This document shows, in pieces, positions 1 to 10,284 of a stretch of 64,000 nt of DNA. The stretch comes from Hypanus sabinus (taxonomy: Eukaryota), in contig NC_082710.1 in the NCBI RefSeq assembly GCF_030144855.1, positions 181,784,001-181,848,000 of the forward strand, in the 5' to 3' direction. The notes beneath the pieces are model-generated. The model ran no database searches and had not been told where the DNA came from. It saw only the letters and a list, made by a program, of their open reading frames with translations. The stretch's first letter is position 1. Every line of letters begins with the position of its first letter. Position numbers and translations under genes: made by a program.

Positions 1-827
1 AATTGCACAGTACAAGATATTTTTGCACGCTGGGCATTTCAAATTTGAGGGAACATTGGTGTGCATGGCCATTATGTAAAACAGGGACCAGTTGTGGTCT
101 AATCAACAGATCCATCACATGTCAAAGTACCCAGAGCAGATGAAGGAGGGTTCCTGGACCAAAGTGAAATTTCCTTTTCAAATTTGTTGAACATAGCAGC
201 TGCCAGAGTGTGTGGTGACACTTATGGGCTAACCATAGAACATAGAACAGTACAGCCCAGTACAGGCCCTTCAGCCCACAAAGTTGTGTCAACCTCTTCA
301 CCAACTCCAAGATAAATCTAACTCAGGGTTCCCAACCTGTTGTCCATGGACCCCTTACTTAAAGGTATTGGCCCATGGCATAAAAAAATATGTTGGGAAC
401 CCCCAATCTAACCCTTCCCTCCTACAAAGAACCCCCCCCCATGTGCCGATCTACGAGTCTCTTAAATATCCTTCACGTATCTACCTTCAGCACCACCCCA
501 GCAGGGCGCTCCATGCAAGCAAGTCTGAGATCCCGCTATACGTTCCCTTAGCCAGCTCTGCCTTGGGAAAAGTCTTCAGCTATCCGTTCAATCTGGGCCT
601 CTGATCATCCTGTACACCTCACGTTGTGTTGATTGTTAGCACAACGACGCATTCCATTGGCAGTGTCGATATACGTGTAATGAATAAATGAATCAAAATC
701 TGAAAGAGAATCTGGTCTTAAATCTGGATGTTGCCCCCAGACGGTCAAACCTGCCCTTGCAGTTTGTTGTAATGTCCATTCTGGTCAGGAGAGGAGATGG
801 TGAGCCGTCTCTGCGGGTCGGAAACTG

Positions 828-1700
828 CAGACTCGGACCTCGGCCCGGTCTCTGTGCCCGGATCCCAGACTCGGACCTCGGCCCGGTCTCTGTGCCCGGA
901 TCCCAGGCTCAGACCTCGCCCGGTCTCTGTGCCCGGATCCCAGACACGGACCTCGGCCCGGTCTCTGTGCCCTAATCCCAGACTCGGACCTCGGTCCGGT
1001 CTCTGTGCCCTGATCCCAGACTCGGATCTCTGTCCGGTCTCTGTGCCCGGATCCCAGACACGGACCTCGGCCCGGTCTCTGTGCCCGGATCCCAGACTCG
1101 GACCTCGGCCCGGTCTCTGTGCCCGGATCCCAGACTCGGACCTCGGCCCGGTCTCTGTGCCCGGATCCCAGACTCGGACCTCGGTCCGGTCTCTGTGCCC
1201 GGATCCCAGACTCGGATCTCTGCCCGGTCTCTGTGCCCGGATCCCAGACTCGGACCTCGGTCCGGTCTCTGTGCCCTGATCCCAGACTCGGATCTCTGCC
1301 CGGTCTCTGTGCCCTGATCCCAGGCTCGGACCTCTGCCCGGTCTCTGTGCCCGGATCCCAGACTCGGACCTCGGTCCGGTCTCTGTGCCCGGATCCCAGA
1401 CACGGACCTCGGCCCGGTCTCTGTGCCCGGATCCCAGACTCGGACCTCGGCCCGGTCTCTGTGCCCGGATCCCAGACTCGGACCTCGGTCCGGTCTCTGT
1501 GCCCGGATCCCAGACTCGGATCTCTGCCCGGTCTCTGTGCCCGGATCCCAGACTCGGACCTCGGTCCGGTCTCTGTGCCCTGATCCCAGACTCGGATCTC
1601 TGCCCGGTCTCTGTGCCCTGATCCCAGGCTCGGACCTCTGCCCGGTCTCTGTGCCCTGATTCCAGACTCGGACCTCGGTCGGGTCTCTGTGCCCTGATCC
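828..1700. repeat. 38-bp GC/CpG-rich minisatellite, ~23 units (CAGACTCGGACCTCGGCCCGGTCTCTGTGCCCGGATCC)
   Basis: The unit recurs at 828, 866 and onward. The ORF translations starting at 1081 and 1385 are identical, showing a 304-bp (8-unit) higher-order duplication. Confidence 0.97.
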
Positions 1701-2151
1701 CATGTTGAGCAAAGGAGACACAGGGTCTATTAATTTGGAATCAAGCCCCTTCTCTGCTGGACACAATTTGCAGTTACTGCACCCTATCAAAGTTCAAAGT
1801 AATTTTCTTATCGAAGTACATATATGTCACCATAAATAACTCTGAGATTCATTTCCTCCTGGACCACAAGTCAGAGAGGAATTTGCATAGGTGAAAAGCG
1901 AAATGGCGGAGAAATTAATTATCAAATATTGCTGGTCTAACACGGAAGAAAATGCATAAAGTCCCGGGCACTTGAAGAACTGAACGTAATAAAGAATAAC
2001 AAAATTTAGCACAGGAGTAGATTAGATGAGATTATTTTTAAATTCGCTTTATTTGTTGAAACATCGACACCTACGGTGAAATGTGGCGTTTGCGAGGATG
2101 ATTTCTGATAAAAGGAAGAAACAATTCAGATTATAGGGCGAGACCCTTCAT

Positions 2152-2513
2152 CAATAGATAATAGACAACAGGTGCAGGAGTAGGCCATTCAGCCCTTCTA
2201 GCCTGCACCGCCATTCACTGTGATCATGGCTGATCATACACAATCAGTACCCCGTTCCTGCCCTCTCCTCATATCCCTTAACCCCGCTATCTATAAGAGC
2301 TCTATCTAACTCACTCTTGAATGCATCCAGAGACCTGGCCTCCACTGCCTTCTGGGGCAGAGCATTCCACATATCCACCACTCTCTGGGTGAAAATTTCC
2401 GCAACTCTGTTCTAAATGGCCTACCCCTTATTCTTAAACTGTGGCCTCTAGTTCTGGACTCACCCATCAGCGGGAACGTGCTTCCTGCCTCCAGCGTGTC
2501 CAGTCCCTTAATA
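2152..2513 (-). mobile_element. CR1 LINE 3' end fragment inserted upstream of U1 copy 1
   Basis: Its 3' tail (caatagataatagacaacaggtgcaggagtaggccatt...) is of the same type as that of the long CR1 at ~46810. It is absent from the homologous position upstream of U1 copy 2 (~9365). Confidence 0.8.
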
Positions 2514-2641
2514 AGGGTCGCTCGCCTTCTAAATCTGCCTCCGACCCCCTTCTCTTCCGGTCAGCCACGATGTAAGTAAGCGAAAGGACTCCCTCTTTTC
2601 CTTAAAACGTCCTCCCGCCCGCAAATGCGAGGTAACACCCA

Positions 2642-2711
2642 GGGGCGGAGTTCACAAATTGCAGACCGGCAGCCGGCGAGCTCTGCTTCCTTATAAGGAA
2701 GAAATGCAAAT
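2642..2711 (+). promoter_or_regulatory. U1 distal sequence element: GC box (2642-2650), CArG-like CCTTATAAGG (2689-2698), octamer ATGCAAAT (2704-2711)
   Basis: The motifs are seen directly at about -260 to -190 from U1 +1. An octamer near -200 is the canonical snRNA DSE. The motifs are conserved in copy 2. Confidence 0.75.
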
Positions 2712-2839
2712 GAAGCATCGAGTGAGCAGCAAGAAGAGTTTTAAAAGCAGAAATGGCAAATAAAGAACGTAGCAGAGTTGAATTGTTTTCTGGGCGGTTG
2801 GTAGCAAGTAAAAGCCAAATAATGGGTGAACGATCTGGT

Positions 2840-2858
2840 TCGCGGTGATGTAAAGGTG
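2840..2858 (+). promoter_or_regulatory. U1 proximal sequence element (PSE) TCGCGGTGATGTAAAGGTG
   Basis: Lies at -60 to -42 and resembles the vertebrate U1 PSE (TGACCGTGTGTAAAGAGTG-like). Identical in copy 2. Confidence 0.75.
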
Positions 2859-2899
2859 TAATGTTACTGGTTGGCAGGGAGCGAGCGGGAGGAGAAAGC

Positions 2900-3063
2900 A
2901 TACTTACCTGGCAGGGGAGAGACCGTGATCATGAAGGCGGTTCTCCCAGGACGAGGCTATCCCATTGCACTTCGGGTGTGCTGACGCCTGCGATGTCCCC
3001 AAATGCGGGATACTCGACTGCAAAATTTGTGGTAGTGGGGGACTGCGTTCGCGCTCTCCCCTG
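2900..3063 (+). ncRNA. RNU1: U1 spliceosomal snRNA, copy 1 (164 nt)
   Basis: Starts ATACTTACCTGGCAGGGGAG. Has the loop II U1A site ATTGCAC, Sm site AATTTGTGG and terminal stem-loop IV ending CTCTCCCCTG. Canonical 164-nt length, with PSE and DSE upstream. Confidence 0.98.
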
Positions 3064-3589
3064 ATTTTCAAACTAATGACAGATGCAATTCTTTTCCAAC
3101 TGCAAAGCGTGGATCTTCCACCCTGGGACTTAATTTAAACACATCCCCCTCCGTTTTCTCCGTCTACGAAATCTAAACTGTCCTTTTTTTTACTCCTGAG
3201 GCAGGAATTAAGGAACGGAGAAAATTAGGTTGACGTTTTAATCTGCTCCGTTGTCTCTCCGTGTTCCTTTGGACAATTCCTCTATCGCCACCCCCGTGCC
3301 TGGCACGATCTGCAGACCGGTTCCGAAAAGAACGACACAGCGCAACATCGAGAACTGAAGGAACTTGTTTTTCCAGCGACGGCCAACGTACCCGCTGCTG
3401 CCTGTAAGGAGTTTGTATATTTCTCCTTGTGACCTCTGGGTGCTCGGTTCCCTCCTACAGTCTAAAGACGTTCCAGTTGGTAGATTAATAGGGCATTCTA
3501 AATTGTCCCATGATTAGGCCAGGGTAAAGTTGGAGGGTTGCTGGGTAGCACAACTCGAAGGGGTGGAACTATTGTTTTTCCATCGACGG

Positions 3590-4815
3590 CCATAGGCCAT
3601 AGGGGTAAAAACGTCCCCAATGTCGCCTTCACCCTGATGGCCAGATTCGTGTGTGGCTGCATCAGGTTGTGTGTGGATCCCAGGGTCTCAGGTACGTGGA
3701 TCAGAACTGTCAGGAGCGGACTGCCAAGGTGAAACAGAAACTGGGGCCGTGGGGAGGGCGCTCTCTATCGATAGCGGGCAAGAACCTGGTCATCAGGTGT
3801 GAGGTGCTCTCAGGGCTGCTGTACTTGGCGCAGGTGTGGCCAGCCCCCGCTCCTTCAGCTCGGAAATCACCCGAGCCGTCTTCAGATTCGTCTGGGGATC
3901 CAAGATGGAGCGGGTCAGACGGACCACCATGGACACCCTGGACAACGGGGGCAAAAACGTTCCCAGTGTCGCCCTCACCCTGATGGCCAGCCTAGTGTGT
4001 GGCTGCATCAGGTTGTGTGTGGATCCCAGGTACGTGGGCACCAAGTACCACTACGTGCCCAGGTTCTACCTGTCGCCCTGGCTACGAAGGATGGGTCTGG
4101 CCCCTTTCCCGCGCAACACCCCTGTCAGCTGGTCGTTGCCGCCATACCTGTCCTTCGTCGAGAAGTTCTTTCAGGTCAATGCCTTTGACCACAGGGCCAT
4201 CAGACAGTGGTCAGCACGTCAGGTCCTGCAGGCACTGCAGGAGAATGACGAGATGGACACGGTGATACTCTGTTCCCTGAGCAGACCGTCCAGTTCCTGG
4301 CAATATGCCTCATCGCCAGACCTCACCAACAGGCACCAAGACCTCGCCTGGCTGGCGGTGAGAGGGGCCCTCCCAGTCCGATCCCTCTTGTACGTCCGGA
4401 ACGTCGTCTCCACACCCCTCTGCCCACAGGAGGACTGCAGTGAGGAGGAGTCGGTGACCCACCTCTTTGCACCCTGTGGGTTCGTGGAGAAGGTGTGGAG
4501 GAGGATGGAAGGGGCAGTGTTGTGGTTCATCCCCAGCAACTGCGTTACAGAGGACTCTCTGATCTACGGGCTGTTCCCGGGGACGCATACCGAGACCAAC
4601 ATCCGGTGCTGCTGGCAGATCATCAACTCGGTCAAAGACGCTCTTTGGTCGGCCCGAAACTTGATGGTCTACCAGCACACGGAGATGTCCGTGGGGGAAT
4701 GCTGCCGACTGGCACATTCTCGGCTGCAGGAGTCCGTGCTGAGGGACGCACTCAAACTCGGTGCAGCCACCGCAAGGGCCCGGTGGGGAAGGACCACAGT
4801 CTAGGGTAGGGGGCG
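3590..4815 (+). mobile_element. Tx1-clade LINE, 5'-truncated ORF2 C-terminal half (post-RT region and CCHC zinc finger)
   Basis: ORFs 3651-3983 and 3836-4804 contain RSLSIAGKNLVI, FRFVWGSKMERVRR, DLAWLAVRGALPVR, CPQEDCSEEESVTHLF and WQIINSVKDALWSARN, which are typical of Tx1 ORF2. The putative 3' UTR resumes at 5761-5880 (ttgaataaagtatatttt). Confidence 0.85.
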
Positions 4816-4922
4816 GGGTTAAGGATGAAGGGGGAAAAGTTTAAAGGGAACATTGGGGGGCTTCTTCACACAGAGAGTGGTGGGAGTGAGGAATGAGCCG
4901 CCAGGTGAACAAGTGTATGTAA

Positions 4923-5760
4923 TGTTACGTATTCAGGCAACAATAAATATATGAGTTCGGCAAGGGTTTCTTATAACAACACGTTTATTAAACACCGAAA
5001 ACAAACCCCCCAAAAGTAAACAAACACTACCGTAACCGGAAACAGCTGCTGAGCGGCTGTTCAAACAGTTCGTAAAGTGATATTCCAAAACAGTTCTTTA
5101 AAGTGGTATTGCCAAAAGTTCAATGTGCTCACAGTCCATTTAAAAGGAGAGACTTTATAGGACGATTTAGGTTCTCTTTCACGTCGCTTGCTTCGATCCC
5201 CGACATCGAACTTCCCACGAAGAATTCACGGAACAGAACAGCTTAAAGGCACTGACCTTTCCTTCTCCACTACCTTCAATCCTTTCTAGGTAAACCTAGG
5301 GATTAACACGAAGATAGTCAACGAAATCCTTCCAAATAAGGATCAAACAAAGGTCGCCCCCGTTTCACCGTAGAAAGCGATTCTCCTCGATCTTTAACTT
5401 CCGAACTTCGAATCTTCACTCTCCTCTAATTCTCAAACTAACAGAATCATAAAGAACCTGCTGGCAATGACCTTTTAAACTTTAGACATTAAATAAAAAC
5501 TTCATCCTTCAACTAAACTGCGTCATCACTTCAAACACGCAGAGGCATGAAGTCAACTTGGCAAATCCAGCCACGAACTGCCCCTCCTCACAGGGTGGGG
5601 TCTACCTTTTATAACCTATAAAAAAAACCGTCACATGATCTCTACTGGCGGGAAAATGACGTCATTCCACCATCACAAGACCATCACCTCAAGTCCAGTA
5701 CAGCTTCAACCCCAGTCACATGACAAGGGCTCCACTGTTATGTGTCACGAGTACGTAACA
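4923..5760 (-). mobile_element. Solo LTR (838 bp), probably Gypsy-type
   Basis: Termini TGTTACGTA...TACGTAACA form a 9-bp inverted repeat, with a 4-bp target duplication GTAA on both sides. Minus-strand TATAAAA at 5607-5613 and AATAAA at 4984-4989. Confidence 0.85.
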
Positions 5761-5880
5761 GTAAATATGAAGTAACGCAGTGGGGGAATGTAAAGACTGT
5801 AATGGAAACATTTGTAAAGGACTGAGTCATTCAATGGTTTATTGTACATAATTTTATTTTTGAATAAAGTATATTTTGTT

Positions 5881-7110
5881 GAGAAGTTTGCAGACGTTAG
5901 GTGGAGAGGCAGGTAGTTCTGATGAAGTCGAGAGGCTACAGAATAATGGGCAAAGAAATGGCAGATGAAATAGTTTCGGGGAGGGTTTTGGTAGATGGAG
6001 GGGTTGACAAGGTCCCGCATGGGAGGTTAGTTAGGAAGATTCAGTCGCTAGATATACATAGTGAGGTAGTAAATTGGATTAGACATTGGCTCAATGGAAG
6101 AAGCCAGAGAGTGGTAGTGGAGGATTGCTACTCTGAGTGGAGGCTTGTGACTAGTGATGTACCACAGGGATCAGTGCTGGGTCCATTGTTATTTGTCATC
6201 TATATCAATGATCTGGATGATAATGTGGCAAATTGGATCAGCAAATTTGCTGATGATACAAAGATTGGAGGTGTAGTGGACAGTGGGGAAGGTTTTCAAA
6301 GCTTGCAGAGAGATTTGGACCAGCTGGAAAAATGGCAGATGGAGTTTAATACAGACAAGTGTGGGGTATTGCACTTTGGAAGGTCAAACCAAGGTAGAAC
6401 ATACAAGGTAAATGGGAGGGCACTGAGGAGTGCAGTAGAACAGAGGGATCTGGGAATACAGATACAAAATTCCCGAAAAGTGGCGTCACAGGTAAATAGG
6501 ATCGTGCAGAGAGCTTTTGGCCTTTATAAAGCAAAATATTGAGCATAAGAGTTGGAATGTTATGGTGAGGTTGATGTTGAATTTGGAGTATTGTGTGAAG
6601 TTGTGGCCACCTAACTACAAGAAGGATATTAATAAGGTTGAAAGAGTGCAGAGAAGATTTACAAGGATGTTGCCGGGACTTGAGAAACTGAGTTACAGAG
6701 AAAGGTTGAATAGGTTAGGACTTTATTCCCTGGAGCGTTGAAGAATGAGGGGTGATTTGATAGAGGTATATAAAATTATGATGGGTATAGACAGTGTGAA
6801 TGCAAGCAGGCTTTTTCCACTGAGGCTAGGGGAGAAAAAACAGAGGCCATGGGTTAAGGATGAAGGGGGAAAAGTTTAAAGGGAACATTGGGGGGCTTCT
6901 TCACACAGAGAATGGTGGTAGTGTGGAATGAGCTGCCAGATGAAGTGGTGAATGCGGGCTCACTTTTTACATCTAAGAAAAACTTGGACAAGTATATGGA
7001 TGAAAGGGGTATGGAGGGATATGGTCCAGGTGCAGGTCAGTGGAACTAGGCAGAAAAATGGTTCAGCACAGCCAAAAAGGGCCAAAAGGCCTGTTTCTGT
7101 GCTGTAATTT
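5881..7110 (+). mobile_element. CR1 LINE 3' fragment (degenerate RT and 3' UTR)
   Basis: ORF 5901-6542 contains VPQGSVLGPLLFVIYINDLD and KFADDTKIGG. ORF 6517-6741 contains ERVQRRFTRMLPGL. Confidence 0.9.
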
Positions 7111-7134
7111 TCTATGGTTCTACCTATTGAACGC

Positions 7135-7500
7135 TCCCAAATAGCCTCGGACAACCAAGTCCTGCTCCTGGTCTGCACTCGTAAGCCTGTCTACTGACAG
7201 GAGAAGGGCCAAAGGCGGGTTACCGGGGCCTGAGAACCAGTCAATTCGGGCTGATGGGGTTCGTCAGCCGTCAGTTAGGAGAAGGAAATCTTTGATCTCA
7301 AACCGCCCCGCCACGGCTTCTCCCAACTCTCGGCGAAGGCTTCAGGAGTGAACCCCGGTGGAAAAATCCGGAGCTGAAGTCGGTAAGGCGCTGAGTTCAA
7401 CGTTGACTGGCAGCTACTGCGACGCTGCTGGGAGCAAACTTGTTACGCGGGCAACAGCTTGCTCTCATGTCCAGACAGCTGAGAAGCAACTTCTATCTGA
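7135..7500 (+). mobile_element. RTE-clade-related repeat fragment
   Basis: Resembles, from memory, RTE 5' sequence (agaaggaaatctttgatctcaaacc...gaaaaatccggagctg). Not confirmed by a search. Confidence 0.4.
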
Positions 7501-7672
7501 CTGATGGAGACCTCAGGCACTCGCTTACAGTTCTATAACTCGGGTCCTGATCCAGAGTCTTGGGACACTTCATTACCCTCCATAGATGCTGCCTGACCTG
7601 CTGAGTTCCTCCAGCATTTTGTGCGTGTGTTGCTCTGAATTTCCAGCATTTTTCTGTGTATCAGTAGGGCAA

Positions 7673-8001
7673 ATGCCGGGAATTCAAGGCGTCCTGATTT
7701 GGACTGAGAAGACGATTTGCGTGATCTGCCTGGATTTCCTCATTAGTCCGATTTCTCTGCAGTGCGGGTACGACTTCTGTATCACATGGTGAATTCGGGG
7801 ATAGCACCTCCGATAGTGTGAGCCACGGCGAACCTGGCGGAGAAAATTTCATTAAATCTGATGACGAAAGCGCGGCGGAGTAAAGTTCACTGCGAGGAAC
7901 ACCAGAAGGAACTGGAACTGTTTTGTGAAACCGACAATAATTTTTTCAGAGCGATTTGTGCGTCTGTACGGGAACACAAAGAAGCTGCCAGTATCTACAA
8001 G
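7673..8001 (+). pseudogene. TRIM exon-1 relic (degenerate RING and B-box)
   Basis: Reads MPGIQGVLIWTEKTICVICLDFLISPISLQCGYDFCITW*, then frame-shifted ANLAEK...HCEEHQKELELFCETD...REHKEAASIYK|GT. This is the same AAG|GT exon end as the intact TRIM exon 1. It has a stop, deletions and lost zinc ligands. Confidence 0.85.
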
Positions 8002-8814
8002 GTACGCGGGACCAGATTTAGTCATAGCGGTGGACATCCCATTCAGACATGTCGGTCCATGCTCCACGTTGGAGGAACAACCGTCTGGGTAGCATCCAAC
8101 AGCATGAACATCGATTTTACTTACTAAGATCCAACGCGGGAAATCGCTGTGAGCCAGCAACCCTTGATGTAATCCTACCCTAATCAGGAGACAATTTTAA
8201 ATGACCAGTTATCCTTCTAACATGTAGTACCTTTGGACTGTGAGAGGAAACCGGAGCGTCCGGAGGAAACCCACGGGGTCACAGTGAGATTGTGCAGCCA
8301 GCGGCGGGGAATGAACCCGGGTCTCTAGTGCTGTAAATCGTTCTGCTGACCACTACACTAACGTGCCCTCCTCTCCAACTTCCGGTAATTTCTACCTCCT
8401 TTCTTTTTCCATTCTCCATTCTGGCTCCCTTTTCACCTCACCTTCCCCTGTTGCCCCTCCTCATATAACCCACTCTCAGATACCTTTTTCTTCAGTCCGT
8501 CCATTGTTCCGTGCCGTCTTTCACTGATTCTATTATGTTTCCTTGCATTTGCTGTGAATGCCGAAAAAATATTTCTCAGTCAAGGTGCAAACATGGCGCA
8601 TCTGCTGAAAATGACCACAGGGGTACTGAACCTGGAGGAACTGTTTGGTTCGGCAAAGAACACAGACATCACATCCGCACAATCCAAACACACTTCGACT
8701 CCTGATCCTCACCGTGCAGAGTTACTTGTGCACGGTGACGTAACAACTTAATCTGCAATAAAGTGCACGCCTGCAGCAGAAAGTGCACCGTTAGTCTGTT
8801 TTTACATTGAAAAT

Positions 8815-8978
8815 CAGGGGAGAGCGCGAACGCAGTCCCCCACTACCACAAATTTTGCAGTCGAGTATCCCGCATTTGGGGACATCGCAGGCGTCAGCAC
8901 ACCCGAAGTGCAATGGGATAGCCTCGTCCTGGGAGAACCGCCTTCATGATCACGGTCTCTCCCCTGCCAGGTAAGTAT
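8815..8978 (-). ncRNA. RNU1: U1 spliceosomal snRNA, copy 2 (164 nt)
   Basis: The reverse complement is identical to copy 1 over all 164 nt. It is followed by the 3'-box-like GTAAAAACAGAC. Confidence 0.98.
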
Positions 8979-9366
8979 GCTTGCTCCTCCCGCTCGCTCC
9001 CTGCCAACCAGTAACATTACACCTTTACATCACCGCGAACCAGATCGTTCACCCATTATTTGGCTTTTACTTGCTACCAACCGCCCAGAAAACAATTCAG
9101 CTCTGCTACAATTTCTTTATTTGCCACTTCTGCTTTTAAAACCCTTCTTGCTGCTCACTCGATGCTTCATTTGCATTTCTTCCTTATAAGGAAGTAGAGC
9201 TCGCCGGCTGCCGGTCTGCAATTTGTGAACTCCGCCCCTGGGTGTTACCTCGCATTTGCGGGCGGGAGGACGTTTTAAGGAAAAGAGGGAGTCCTTTCGC
9301 TTACTTACATCGTGGCTGACCGGAAGAGGAGGGGGTCGGAGGCAGATTTAGAAGGCGAGCGACCCT
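8979..9366 (-). promoter_or_regulatory. U1 copy 2 promoter (PSE, octamer, CArG-like box, GC box), inverted duplicate of 2514-2899
   Basis: About 8 differences from copy 1 upstream DNA, counted by eye. The same motifs are present. Confidence 0.8.
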
Positions 9367-10284
9367 GATGAAGGGTCTCGCCCTGAAATCTGAATTCTTT
9401 GATCAGAAATCATCCTCTGACTGTGTTGGTCGTTCAAGCAAATGGCCCATTTCACTTATGTTTCAGCGTTATTCGGTCATAGAGAAGGCCCTTCGTCCCA
9501 TCTAGACAATACTGAAAACTTTTAAGCTGCGTACTTCCTATCGACCTGCACTGGGACCATAGCCCTCCATATCCCTACTATCCACGAAGGTGTGCTGGCA
9601 GCTCATTCCACACCCTCAGGGACCTCTGAGTGAAGAAGTTTCCTCTCATGTTACCCTTAAACTTCCCACCTTTCACCCTTAACCCATGACCTCTGGTTGT
9701 AGTCCCACCCAACCTCAGTAGAAAAATCCAAACCCTTACCAATCAATACCCCTTGGGATTTTATATACCTCTGTTAAATCTCTTCAGCATCTTCTATGTT
9801 CTAGAGAATACAGTTCTAACCTATTCAATCTTCCCTTATAACGCAGTTCCTCCTCAACAACATCCTTGTAAATGTTCTCTACACTATTTCAACCTTATTT
9901 ACACCTTCCTTGTAGGTAGGTGATGAAAACTACACATATTACTCCAAATTAGGGCTCACCAATGTCTTATGCAACTTTAACATAACATCCCATCTCCTGT
10001 ACTCAATACCAAAGTATTATGATGGCCAGTGTTCCAAAGGCCTGGCAATTAAGAACTTTACGACCCTATCTATCTATCAATAGATTATGTACCTGTATTC
10101 TGAGATCCCTTTGTTCTACCACACTCCTCAATACCCAACCATTCACTGCGTAAGGCCTACCCTAGTTGGTCCTACCAAAATGCCAAACCTCACACTTGCC
10201 TGCTGTCTGTCATTTTTCAGCCCATCTTTCTAGCCGATGCAGATCCCTCCAGAAGCCCTAGTAGACTTCCTCCCTGACAAGAGA

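Noticed and set aside
797-1790. Pro/Arg/Ser-rich ORFs, and a possible CRISPR-like array
   Set aside because: These are translations of the 38-bp tandem repeat. Units abut with no unique spacers, there are no cas genes, and the DNA is eukaryotic.
2861-3064. 67-aa ORF duplicated at 8814-9017
   Set aside because: It is the incidental translation of the U1 snRNA gene and its leader.
3590-5880. Tx1 element as a U1-targeting retrotransposon or part of a U1-headed SINE
   Set aside because: Some Tx1 families target snRNA genes, but here both junctions lie outside U1 (~500 bp away) and U1 retains its own PSE/DSE, so there is no support.
8554-8751. 65-aa ORF as a continuation of the TRIM relic
   Set aside because: No recognisable coiled-coil exon pattern or splice sites.
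8968-8978. Perfect plus-strand donor CAGGTAAGTAT
   Set aside because: It is simply the antisense of the U1 5' end.
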